A stretch of 62,178 nucleotides of DNA, filler included. It is 7 parts of 7 records of this genome, joined end to end, with 100 filler letters (N's around TTAATTAATTAA, not from the genome) between each part and the next. Parts side by side here need not be neighbours in the genome. Positions count along the whole stretch, not along the records: positions 35,998 to 44,909 come from SRR31156797_43183; positions 45,010 to 56,514 come from SRR31156797_43188; 5 more parts are not named here. One strand, 5' to 3'. The notes below the pieces were generated by a model. That model worked only from the letters and a program-made list of their open reading frames with translations. It was not told the origin of the DNA and made no database searches. Positions 39,143-48,251 of the stretch are shown here, piece after piece (position 1 is the stretch's first letter; each line of letters opens with the position of its first letter). The translations under genes and the position numbers were made by a program.

Positions 39143-39805
39143 TCAGCCTGTGGCAAGTACCGAAAGGCGAACCGGCCTGACCGGCGCCCTGGCGGTGGTC
39201 GGATCCACATGGGCGGGACTGACGCCGAGTTCGCCCGCAAGAATCCGGGTCACCAATCTCTGACATGTCTGGCCCTGACACAGGCCCATACCGGCCCTTG
39301 TAATCCGCTTAACGCCGTTCAGGGTTGCGATTCCGTTTCCGACAGCCTCTTTGATTTCCCCTTTTGTGATCTCCTCACATCGACAGATGATCACATCATC
39401 GTCGGAAATCTCTTCGTCGACCGATTCACCGGGCCGGGTCGGTTTTAAACCCTTGATTTCCTTGAAGCGCGCAATAACCCTCTCGGTTATTTCCTCAATC
39501 TCTTCTTCGGATATCTCCATGCCGGACCGGGCCCGGTCGGATCTTTCCCGGACAGGTCCCGGATCATCAAGATGGTTCTGCTCCACATGCGGGTCAGGGC
39601 CTTCCATTTCAGGCTCCTTCTCTCCCGGCAATCCCCTCCCGCGCCCATCCGAGCGCCCGGCAACATAAGTTACCTTGATCCGGTTATCTTTGATCAGGTC
39701 CTGGGCGGCAGAAGTGATCCGTGCACCTTCAGGGATCTCAATCTCTCTTCCGCCCTCCTGTAAAATCGCTTCTATATCACTGCCGAATACAAAAACAGCT
39801 GTCAT
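39143..39805 (-). CDS. BFD-like [2Fe-2S] subunit (OoxA/HcnB C-terminal type) with N-terminal extension and predicted encapsulation peptide
   Basis: ICRCEEIT, KRITRAGMGLCQGQTC, RAPVRPV; internal EEEIEEITERVIARFKEI helix; RBS GGGAG before ATG 39805. Confidence 0.85.
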   Translation of the reverse strand: MTAVFVFGSDIEAILQEGGREIEIPEGARITSAAQDLIKDNRIKVTYVAGRSDGRGRGLPGEKEPEMEGPDPHVEQNHLDDPGPVRERSDRARSGMEISEEEIEEITERVIARFKEIKGLKPTRPGESVDEEISDDDVIICRCEEITKGEIKEAVGNGIATLNGVKRITRAGMGLCQGQTCQRLVTRILAGELGVSPAHVDPTTARAPVRPVRLSVLATG

Positions 39806-39901
39806 CTGATGCTCCCGCACTCAAACCCGCGTCCCACTTCGTGACGGAGGTCATTTGCCATCTCCATAAGCCCGCAACACCGCATGCCCGGTTTCCTCCC
39901 G

Positions 39902-40519
39902 CTATTGTTCTCTTCCTTTAAGATCTTTTAAGGTTTCCACCACTATTTTCGCTGCAGTCTGGACTTCCGATTCCGGGCCGGCCAAATAGATACGGCCCGC
40001 TGCGCCGAAAAATCTGATATCCACCAGCCGGACATTGCAATGCTTCTCCGCCTCGTTTGCCGCAATGGAGGCGTAAGCAGCCGGGGTAACCTCCAGGAGA
40101 TAGACGTCATCGCCGCCAAGGATCAGCATCCCCTTGCTGTTGCGGTTGATGATCACGGCCTGATACGGGTCTACCTTATTGACAATGGATGTAGACAGTA
40201 TCTTTGGCGACAGCCGGTCCTCTTCCCGCGCCCCGATCTCATCAAGCACCATCTTACCGGCATGCAATACCTCTTCCTGATCAAAGGAGTGGATCTCCAG
40301 CATACCGTATCGTCTTTCCACGATCATTTCGCCCGGTTTGGCGTTGGTGCTCTTGAGTGCGATATCGGTCAACCGGTTAATCTCAATTCCCGGCACCACC
40401 TCCACAAAGAGTGAGGCCATCCCCTCCACCGGGAGAAACCCCCTGCAGGAGCTGGCGAACAGAGAGGCAAACTGCGGTTGCAACCTATCGAGATGGCAAA
40501 AAACTCTTAAATCGGCCAT
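39902..40519 (-). CDS. BMC shell trimer, BMC-T(dp)
   Basis: LRVFCHLDRLQPQ, EVVPG, VERRYGMLEIH, PAAYASIAANEAEK, GAAGR. Confidence 0.9.
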   Translation of the reverse strand: MADLRVFCHLDRLQPQFASLFASSCRGFLPVEGMASLFVEVVPGIEINRLTDIALKSTNAKPGEMIVERRYGMLEIHSFDQEEVLHAGKMVLDEIGAREEDRLSPKILSTSIVNKVDPYQAVIINRNSKGMLILGGDDVYLLEVTPAAYASIAANEAEKHCNVRLVDIRFFGAAGRIYLAGPESEVQTAAKIVVETLKDLKGREQ

Positions 40520-40606
40520 TGGTTTATCTCCTTAAAAATCGGGATTTTTCCCTGTAGAATCCCTGTGAACACACATATTGCGCACGTCATTAGCAGGCCT
40601 GAAACC

Positions 40607-41419
40607 TCAGGCATCCAGGATGATTATGGAATTCTCTTTTGCCAGGTCTTTAGCCAGAGGCGTCACTTTTCCTCCCCGTGCGAGTCTTACGGATTTTTCT
40701 CTGTTTTCAACCGCCTTATTAATATCCTTGGCCGCGACAAGGCTTAAAGCGGGCTTCTTATGGGTTTGCAATTCCGATCCGGCCATTCCACCTTCCCCTT
40801 TACCGGGAGATACTATTTTTTGGAAGGTTGCGCTCAGGTTCTCAGTCCTGGAAAAGACCATTCCGAAGGTTTCCAGCTTTTTCAATATCCGTTCCATTTC
40901 TCCGCGTATTGCTGCATTTGTAAGTGTTTTCAAGAGCATGAAGCCGTCACGTGCAGCCAGTACCTTTTTACCCCTTAAAAGCGCGGAGAGCACAATGCCT
41001 GATCCCTGGTCATCGCAGGCAAGGCGAGCCACTTTGGAGGCCACCTGCATACAGAAAGTGGGCAGGACAAGGATATCCGCTTTTTCCAGGACTTTTTCCA
41101 GTCCGTCCGGTTTTACGGAGTCAAGGATGCACCGGGATCCTGTCTTCATTTTCACATCATCCCCGCACCCGCATATGGAGGCCCGGGCTGCATCTGTTTG
41201 AAAAACTCCTGTTTTTCCGGCAATCGATTCAATGAGACGCACCTGCCTGAGGGCCTCGTCCACCTTGAGCACCCCCGGATGGAAGACAAACAGAGTCATG
41301 GGACCGGTTACAGACCGGTTCGGTCTGGCCGGTCGTGTTGATACCGCCGCATCTGACTGCATCTCTCTGATCACTTCTCTGACGATGCTTTTAATATTTT
41401 CCGAATTCAAATTCACCAT
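40607..41419 (-). CDS. BMC-associated flavoprotein-like protein (PduM-like) with N-terminal encapsulation peptide
   Basis: SENIKSIVREVIREM, ADILVLPT..SKVA..ACDD, ALLRGKKV, C-terminal VTPLAKDLAKE. Confidence 0.75.
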   Translation of the reverse strand: MVNLNSENIKSIVREVIREMQSDAAVSTRPARPNRSVTGPMTLFVFHPGVLKVDEALRQVRLIESIAGKTGVFQTDAARASICGCGDDVKMKTGSRCILDSVKPDGLEKVLEKADILVLPTFCMQVASKVARLACDDQGSGIVLSALLRGKKVLAARDGFMLLKTLTNAAIRGEMERILKKLETFGMVFSRTENLSATFQKIVSPGKGEGGMAGSELQTHKKPALSLVAAKDINKAVENREKSVRLARGGKVTPLAKDLAKENSIIILDA

Positions 41420-41452
41420 TTTGATTCCAGACTTAATGGGCAGAAGCCATTT

Positions 41453-42292
41453 TCACAAGCCCCGGGATCCCTTCCCGTTCCCTTGAAGACAGGAAAGGGC
41501 GATTCCAAAGGGAGTAATTACCCCGGGGGCATGGGGACGAAACGCCTTCAACCCCAGGTTCTTGCCGACCACCTCCGTAAATCCCTCCAGTTCACAGCTT
41601 CCCCCTACCATGCAGATCCTATCGATGTTTTTGTAGGGCTTCAAAAAAGCGCCGGTGATTGAAGAAACCTTGTCAATAACCGGTCTTATGATAGGGAGGA
41701 TCTCCTTGCTTTCCCTGCTGACCTTGATCTCTTCAGCCTCTTCATAACTGACTTTCAGTGCCCCGGCCAGCACCAGGGTCAGATGCACGCCGCCCGTGGG
41801 CTCGTCATTGCTGTAAACAACTCTGCCCCCCTCCATTACGGCGACGCCGGTGGTGCCTCCCCCCACATCCACAATGGCGCCATCCATCATGTTTAAAACC
41901 AGGTTGGCGGCCGTCGGTTCGTCAAGCACATTTTTGACCTCCAAACCGACCGCTTCAAGGATATATCTTGTTGTGTTGATGTTCCCGGACTCGGTCTGCG
42001 GCGGATATGATGTGGCCCCTTTTTCCAAGGGGATCGGACATTTTCCTCTAATCTCCTCCAACAGCTCCCGCACGACATCCACGGCTCCCATGTAATTTAC
42101 GATCATGCCGCTTTTGACCACTTCGGCCCGCTTCATGGCGGCGGCCCTTGGTCGCCCTTTTTCATCAACAACAATGATAAAAATCTTGTAGGTCCCCACG
42201 TCAACGCCCACATAAAGATCTTTTGCCCCGGAAAAGTCCCACTGTTCAGGACGATTCAGGATTCTATTGATCTTTTCCACCGCATCTTTCAT
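41453..42292 (-). CDS. eutJ: EutJ (actin/Hsp70-like BMC protein)
   Basis: VGVDVGT, ATSYPP, DEPTAA, VDVGGGTTG, DEPTGGVH, TPFGIA. Confidence 0.92.
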   Translation of the reverse strand: MKDAVEKINRILNRPEQWDFSGAKDLYVGVDVGTYKIFIIVVDEKGRPRAAAMKRAEVVKSGMIVNYMGAVDVVRELLEEIRGKCPIPLEKGATSYPPQTESGNINTTRYILEAVGLEVKNVLDEPTAANLVLNMMDGAIVDVGGGTTGVAVMEGGRVVYSNDEPTGGVHLTLVLAGALKVSYEEAEEIKVSRESKEILPIIRPVIDKVSSITGAFLKPYKNIDRICMVGGSCELEGFTEVVGKNLGLKAFRPHAPGVITPFGIALSCLQGNGKGSRGL

Positions 42293-42840
42293 GATAATGA
42301 ACCCATAAGCTCCCTGCTGAGTGAGGGGATGACCACATGGCTTAAGATCCCCCCATCTTCTTGAACGGAGGCAACGCCGGCATCAACAGCGGCCTTGACC
42401 GAACCCACATCTCCCGTAAGGGTGACGAAAGATTTCCCTGCGAGGCCCGTGGCGCACCGGATCTCAATAAGGTCGATATCGGCTGCTTTTGCCGCGCCAT
42501 CGGCGGCATTGATGCAGGATGCAACGGAATAGGTTTCAATGATACCCATGGCATCGATCTGGCGGATATGGGTTGTGCAATGGAGTGCGGGAAACACGGC
42601 AGGTGAAATGTTGGGGATGACAAACCTGTCCACCAGAAACTCACCGGCGGTTTCCAACCCCGCATCCACCGAATTCTGAACCGAACCCACATCTCCGGCT
42701 ATCATGACAAGATATCGACCCGGACAGGAAGGACGCGCCATAACGATCTCAACATTTGCCGTTTTAATCATATGATCAGCGCATTCAATCCCCTTTGCGA
42801 CGCTGTTCAACTCAACCATGCCGATTGCACTGTATTTCAT
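42289..42840 (-). CDS. pduT: BMC shell trimer PduT-like (Fe-S-binding Cys retained)
   Basis: AIGMVELNSVAKG, PSCPGRY, GDVGSV twice, GLAGK; two tandem BMC domains. Confidence 0.88.
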   Translation of the reverse strand: MKYSAIGMVELNSVAKGIECADHMIKTANVEIVMARPSCPGRYLVMIAGDVGSVQNSVDAGLETAGEFLVDRFVIPNISPAVFPALHCTTHIRQIDAMGIIETYSVASCINAADGAAKAADIDLIEIRCATGLAGKSFVTLTGDVGSVKAAVDAGVASVQEDGGILSHVVIPSLSRELMGSLS

Positions 42841-42856
42841 GCCACCCACCTTTTCA

Positions 42857-44206
42857 TTAGCGTCTGATCACCACGGAATCACCCACCGAGGACACCTTGC
42901 CGGATATGCTTGCGTGTACCCTGGCGCCCAGTGCCTTTTCCGGTATTTCACCGATGACATCTCCCTTTTCTATGGGGTCCCCCTCCTTAACAACGGCCAC
43001 GGCAGGGGCGCCCAAATGCTGCTTCAACGGTATGGTGACCTCTTTGACCGGAATTTCACCGGTAAAATATTCCGGATGCCCATCATACCGGCCGATCTGA
43101 AGACGTTCCATGAGCCTCTTTGTGGGTATCTTCCGCACACCCCTGAACAGGGACGGACTGTACCCGGTTTTCCGGGCAGGTCTCTTCACCCCGCCTGCCA
43201 GCAATTCCCGTTTGATCCGTGCATTGACTTCCCTTGGAGAAATCATCATGGGGCATGCATATTTTTCACAAATACCACACTCGGAACAGATGAGCGCATC
43301 CTTCAAAGATTCATCCGCCAGGCCCGTCTGCCAACTTAACCGGCGCATAATCTTGTGCGGTTCGAGCTGATGCCCCAACAGGTTCCTCGGGCACAGATCC
43401 GTGCAGCGGGAACAGTGGCAACAGATGGTACGTGCAATCTTTTGTATGCGCTCAGGGTCCTCTGTCTTGCCTGTAATCACATTGTGGTCGCCCGGCAGCA
43501 CAATGACCCCGCTGGTGGTTTTGGTGACGGGTGTGGACATATGGGAGATCACCTGCCCCATCATCGGTCCACCCGTGACAACCTTGCAGTCGACAGTGGT
43601 TCCGCCCGCCAGGTCCAGAATTTTTCCCACTGAAATGCCGATGGGAACTTTCATGATCATGGGCCGTTCCACTTCACCGGTGACCGTAAGATATCTCTCC
43701 GTCACAGGGATCCCCTCATCAACGGCCCGCATGATATTGAGCAGGGTTTCGACATTGCTCACCACACAGCCCACCTGCAGCGGTATGCCCCCCTCGGGCA
43801 CCACACGGTTCATAACTTCATATACAAGGACCTGTTCATCTCCCGCAGGATAAAAGTCCTTAAGCTGGAATATCTCAATGTCCTCAAATCCGCCGTTCCC
43901 CGCGGTCTTTTTCAAGGCGGCCATGGCCTGATGGTGCTTCCCCTTCAGGCATATATCCCCCCTGACCGCGCCGGTGCATTTCATGGCCAGATTGAGACCT
44001 CGAAGTATCGGTTCGGGGTGTTGCCCCATGATATAAGGATCACTATCCAGAAGCGGTTCACAGGATGCCCCGTTTCCCAGAACCCTGTTCACATGGGCGT
44101 CGAGCTTTACGTGGGTGGGGAACCCGGCGCCACCTGCGCCCACCACTCCCGCGGCCCGGACACTGTTTATGATATCTTCTCTCGTTTCCAATGCTCTTCT
44201 GCCCAA
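42857..44206 (-). CDS. pduS: PduS/RnfC-like flavin, SLBB and 4Fe-4S oxidoreductase
   Basis: GVVGAGGAGFPTHVK, CEPLL, YPAGDE, GGPMMG, CCHCSRCTDLCP, CSECGICEKYACP, QHLGAPA, HASISG. TTG start 44206 or 44191. Confidence 0.9.
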   Translation of the reverse strand: MGRRALETREDIINSVRAAGVVGAGGAGFPTHVKLDAHVNRVLGNGASCEPLLDSDPYIMGQHPEPILRGLNLAMKCTGAVRGDICLKGKHHQAMAALKKTAGNGGFEDIEIFQLKDFYPAGDEQVLVYEVMNRVVPEGGIPLQVGCVVSNVETLLNIMRAVDEGIPVTERYLTVTGEVERPMIMKVPIGISVGKILDLAGGTTVDCKVVTGGPMMGQVISHMSTPVTKTTSGVIVLPGDHNVITGKTEDPERIQKIARTICCHCSRCTDLCPRNLLGHQLEPHKIMRRLSWQTGLADESLKDALICSECGICEKYACPMMISPREVNARIKRELLAGGVKRPARKTGYSPSLFRGVRKIPTKRLMERLQIGRYDGHPEYFTGEIPVKEVTIPLKQHLGAPAVAVVKEGDPIEKGDVIGEIPEKALGARVHASISGKVSSVGDSVVIRR

Positions 44207-44209
44207 ATC

Positions 44210-44479
44210 CTAAGCCATCTCCATGCTGTCGACGATACCTACCACCACGGCATCCACCGGAATCGGTCTATCCCCATTAAACGCCTGCATGGCCGGCGCA
44301 CCCTGAGTGACAATAACCATCTCATCAACCCCGGCCCCTATCTCGTCAACGGCAATCAGGACATTGCCGGCAGGCGTCATATCCTTCCCTAAGGGCTCTA
44401 CGAACAGGAGTCTCAGAGCGTGAATCTCCTCTTTTTTCTTGGTGGACCAGACATTTCCGACAACTTTGCCTATCAGCAT
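44210..44479 (-). CDS. eutN: BMC pentamer (EutN/CcmL)
   Basis: GKVVGNVWSTKK, AVDEIGAG, VDAVVVGIVD. Confidence 0.92.
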   Translation of the reverse strand: MLIGKVVGNVWSTKKKEEIHALRLLFVEPLGKDMTPAGNVLIAVDEIGAGVDEMVIVTQGAPAMQAFNGDRPIPVDAVVVGIVDSMEMA

Positions 44480-44557
44480 AATATTAACCCCCGGTATTGT
44501 CCGGCCCGGACAAATACCGCCTGTTTCCATAGGAATAAGTAATCCAGGGCGTCTTAA

Positions 44558-44860
44558 TCACAACCCTTCGCCACCGCGAACGGCATCCAGGCTGGCCTGA
44601 ACCGCGGCAATATCGCCGAAAACACCGATCATGGTCAGATGTTGAGGGCATGTGCCCTTAAGGTCGTAGACGTGGACATCCGCCGCCTTTTCCGCAATGT
44701 CCGCCGCGTAGATCATATCCACCACTTTGCCCTGGATCAGTCCCACCGCACTGAAGTCGATTTCCCGGATCGTTTTCTTGGCCCCGGGGCCCATCCTTGT
44801 TGTCAGGATATCGATAACGCCCGGCCCGGGTTGTGTTATGAACTGAATATTTAATGCCAT
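44558..44860 (-). CDS. Circularly permuted BMC hexamer, GrpU-like (GxCPQ motif)
   Basis: AVGLIQG, AADIAEKAA, GTCPQH, FGDIAAV. Confidence 0.8.
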   Translation of the reverse strand: MALNIQFITQPGPGVIDILTTRMGPGAKKTIREIDFSAVGLIQGKVVDMIYAADIAEKAADVHVYDLKGTCPQHLTMIGVFGDIAAVQASLDAVRGGEGL

Positions 44861-44909
44861 GCTACTTTTTTAAAGGCTTTGGGATTATAAACTCAACGTC
44901 GCTGTGAGG

Positions 44910-45009
44910 NNNNNNNNNNNNNNNNNNNNNNNNNNNNNNNNNNNNNNNNNNNNTTAATTAATTAANNNNNNNNNNNNNNNNNNNNNNNNNNNNNNNNNNN
45001 NNNNNNNNN
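44910..45009. other. Artificial contig spacer
   Basis: N-run with TTAATTAATTAA. Confidence 0.99.
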
Positions 45010-45069
45010 CCTTTCCGCTTTGAGTTTAATCCTTATTTTGTGAAATCGCGCTACGAGATTGTGCGGTCG

Positions 45070-45735
45070 TTAATCAAACAAAGACGGCATCCAGGTATAT
45101 GCATAATAATAAATGATTTTTATATATTCCATCACGACCATCCTTCTCTGGCGTTTGTTGCTCAGCCAGGAATAACCTCTCACCTTAAAATGGTTTGATG
45201 GAACAAAGCTCAGCTTGTAACCAGTTCCTTCAAAAACACTGTCCGACATGATTTTAATTCTGCGCATGTGAAGTGGAGAACTCATCAATATAGCTGATTT
45301 AAAACCCATTTTTTGCATAATGAACCTGACGTGAAATACTTCATTGTGCGTGTTTTCCATCTTGTTATAGGGGAAATTACTATCCTTTATCATTTTGCTG
45401 ATCTGGTCATCTATGTTAATCCTGCGCATTTGAATAGGCTTTATTTCACCGATTGACGGTAAAATATCGGCAAATAAATACTGCCTGCCAAGGCCTGCAT
45501 CTATTATGCGCCTGCTGTAATCGGTTTTTATTAGTTCTCTGCCCAATTTTTCCTTTTCCTGCTGGCCCTTACCAGGGAAAATAAAGATTGCATCTGACTT
45601 GGCGGGGAAAGTTGAATATACGAGTAAAGCAGGAGCATAGTAGATGGCAATTACAATGGAAACGGCCACGGCAACAAACAGAATAAGAGCGATTTTCCGG
45701 CAAGATCCGGGCCGTTTTGATTTTTTCTTAAACAT
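45070..45735 (-). CDS. YdcF/DUF218 (ElyC-like) protein
   Basis: N-terminal TM, KSDAIFIFPG, ENTHNE, LMSSPLHMRR, EYIK. Confidence 0.8.
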   Translation of the reverse strand: MFKKKSKRPGSCRKIALILFVAVAVSIVIAIYYAPALLVYSTFPAKSDAIFIFPGKGQQEKEKLGRELIKTDYSRRIIDAGLGRQYLFADILPSIGEIKPIQMRRINIDDQISKMIKDSNFPYNKMENTHNEVFHVRFIMQKMGFKSAILMSSPLHMRRIKIMSDSVFEGTGYKLSFVPSNHFKVRGYSWLSNKRQRRMVVMEYIKIIYYYAYTWMPSLFD

Positions 45736-46019
45736 ACATTGTTAATCGCCGCCTCGCATATGCGGTCAGCACTCCTTTATAGGCATTTCAGCCTTGGTGA
45801 GATTGGCTGATAATGCCATATTCTTTAAAATTGGTCACTTAATAAACTAAATGAATCTTGAACGTGGAAATCCCGGGCCTTATCCTCCGGCACGTTATAA
45901 CTCTCCTGACAACGGCTTGGACCAGGCAAGAGCCGGCCTTGTTGCCATTTGCTTTAAATATGTTAAAATACCGAGCAAAAATCCGGCCTTTGATATTGCG
46001 GACATCCGGTGGTGGAAAA

Positions 46020-47174
46020 TTGGCCTTAAAAAAAATCAGTTTCATTATGCCTTTTCATATCCTTGAAGGCCGGGGAGGCGGCGCCGAAGTGCAAGCCTGG
46101 CTTTTGGCCAAGGAACTCGCCAAACGAGGATATGAAGTAACCTATATTGCTCAGAGCGTTGCCAAGAGAGAAAATACTATTGACCATTGGGACGGCGTAA
46201 GCATTAGGTGGTTGCCCCATGCCAAAAGATTTGCATGGCTTTCCACTGGAGACTATTACCGTGCTTTAAAAGAATCCGACCCTGATCTGGTGATTCAGCG
46301 AATGACTTCGTACCATACAGGCGTGGCCGGTTTCTATTGCAGAAAGTATAATAAAAAATTTGCCTGGATTTGCACGGATAACGGCTCTCCAATCAAATGG
46401 TTTTTCTTTAAAAAACAATTACAGGTAAATCGAGAAGTAAGGCCAGGATTATTAAAACGCGCCGTTTTTACAGCCGATGCAATAATAAGTGATCTTTACC
46501 GCCATTATGGTGTAAAAAAAATAAATTATCCATTCACCCAAAATGAACAGCAGAGACTTATGCTGCTTGATGCGTTCAACCTTGAATCGGCCCGCATGGT
46601 TTCAGGGCATGAGCAGCCAAAAACCCTAACATCCCATGAAAAACGTTGTTCCGATAAATACATCTTGTGGGTCGCAAACCTCGCGCCTCGTAAAAGACCT
46701 GAAATATTTTGTGAATTGGCAAGGTTGGCGGACAGTTCCGACTTTCGTTTCATTATGGTTGGAGGTCGTTCCGATCAGGATTATATTGAAAGGCTATTTG
46801 AAAATAAACCGGCCAACCTGGAATGGGTCGGCAAGCTGACATTTGATGAAGCGCTTTCGTGGTTCGACCGTGCTCTTTTTTTTGTCAATACTTCAACCAA
46901 GGACGGTGAGGGATTCCCTAATACATTTATTCAAGCCTGGCTGCGCGGAGTGCCTGTATTGAGCTCCTGCGTGGACCCTGATGACGTAATACAAAAAAAC
47001 AGACTTGGCTGTGTTGAGGAAAATCCGGAGAGATTAATGGAGTTCATGAGCAAACTATCAGACAGCCCTGGTGAATATCGTGAAATGTCGAGAAATATAA
47101 TTGATTATGCTAATCGAAATCATTCCGTGAGGGCCATGACAGATAATTTTCTTAAAGCTGTCGGAGACTCTTAA
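46020..47174 (+). CDS. Glycosyltransferase family 4
   Basis: GGGAEVQ, LWVANL..RKRPE, NTS..EGFPNTFIQAW; TTG start after GGTGG. Confidence 0.88.
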   Translation: MALKKISFIMPFHILEGRGGGAEVQAWLLAKELAKRGYEVTYIAQSVAKRENTIDHWDGVSIRWLPHAKRFAWLSTGDYYRALKESDPDLVIQRMTSYHTGVAGFYCRKYNKKFAWICTDNGSPIKWFFFKKQLQVNREVRPGLLKRAVFTADAIISDLYRHYGVKKINYPFTQNEQQRLMLLDAFNLESARMVSGHEQPKTLTSHEKRCSDKYILWVANLAPRKRPEIFCELARLADSSDFRFIMVGGRSDQDYIERLFENKPANLEWVGKLTFDEALSWFDRALFFVNTSTKDGEGFPNTFIQAWLRGVPVLSSCVDPDDVIQKNRLGCVEENPERLMEFMSKLSDSPGEYREMSRNIIDYANRNHSVRAMTDNFLKAVGDS

Positions 47175-48244
47175 TGGTTAAAGTAATACACGTCTGTCAT
47201 AGCCTCGATATGGGTGGTATCACCAACTTTGTAAAATCACTAATCAACTTGAATGATGAATTTTCGATAAAGCATGATCTCCTGTTGATTCAGAACACGG
47301 ATCACGATTTGTCAGACCTCCAAAACGCGTCGGTGTTTGTTTTGGGATATGGAGAAAAAAGCATTGGCGCCACATTTAGAGAGTCATATGGGTTATTTTC
47401 GGAGTATGACGTCGTCTTGTTCCATGCTGCCCGGCCTTTAATCGTATTGGCCGCCTTATTACAGGGCAAACGCATCTTTTATTTTCAGCATGGCATGACA
47501 GTAGCTCACGGCGGCCGGTTAAGCCGGATGATAAAAAGATACTGGTATACTTTAGCCCCTAGAATTGGCGGGGCCGGAGTGATTTGCTCAACTGAATTTG
47601 CCAGAAACAAAATGCGGAGACTAGGCATTTATCTTCCCGATTCAATAATAAAAATAATACCTTTTGGGATAGGGATGGAGGACTTGAGACACAAAGCGGT
47701 TTATAATCCTGAAAAGGGAAGATTAAGAATTGGAACGGCGGGCAACCTGGTCGGCCAAAAAAGATTTGATCGGATTCTGGAAGCGTTCAAAGGCTATGAC
47801 CATCGGATGCAATATTTAATTAAAATAGCCGGAGGCGGGCCTGAAGAGGAAAGATTGAAGAAGTTGGCTACAGGCTTGGATAAAAATAAAGTAGAAACCG
47901 TGTTTCTCGGCAGAGTGGATGATATGCCTGGTTTTTATTCGGGCATTGACCTGTTTGTATTACCCAGCGAGGGGGAATCATTCGGTTTGGTCATCCTGGA
48001 GGCTTTGTTAAACGGTACTCCGGTAGCCGGTTTTTCAGATCTGGGCGGGGCTCTGTCTTTGATCAAGAATGGTCGAAATGGGTATGTGCTGGAAACAGTC
48101 GATGACATGAGAGAATTATGGGGGAAGCTATCTAATAATCCGGATGAGTTGATATACATGCGCCAAAATATAACTTGCATGGATTTTAGCTACTATGATA
48201 TTAAAAATACACGAAAAATTATCGATAAACTGTTTGAAGGGTAA
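47174..48244 (+). CDS. Glycosyltransferase family 4
   Basis: MGGI, GNL..QKRFD, FVLPSEGESFGLVILEA. Confidence 0.9.
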   Translation: MVKVIHVCHSLDMGGITNFVKSLINLNDEFSIKHDLLLIQNTDHDLSDLQNASVFVLGYGEKSIGATFRESYGLFSEYDVVLFHAARPLIVLAALLQGKRIFYFQHGMTVAHGGRLSRMIKRYWYTLAPRIGGAGVICSTEFARNKMRRLGIYLPDSIIKIIPFGIGMEDLRHKAVYNPEKGRLRIGTAGNLVGQKRFDRILEAFKGYDHRMQYLIKIAGGGPEEERLKKLATGLDKNKVETVFLGRVDDMPGFYSGIDLFVLPSEGESFGLVILEALLNGTPVAGFSDLGGALSLIKNGRNGYVLETVDDMRELWGKLSNNPDELIYMRQNITCMDFSYYDIKNTRKIIDKLFEG

Positions 48245-48251
48245 CTGAATT

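Noticed and set aside
21033-44860. One pathway linking betaine demethylation (contig 3) to the sarcosine-oxidase-like BMC (contig 5)
   Set aside because: Attractive, but the contigs are unlinked and may come from different organisms.
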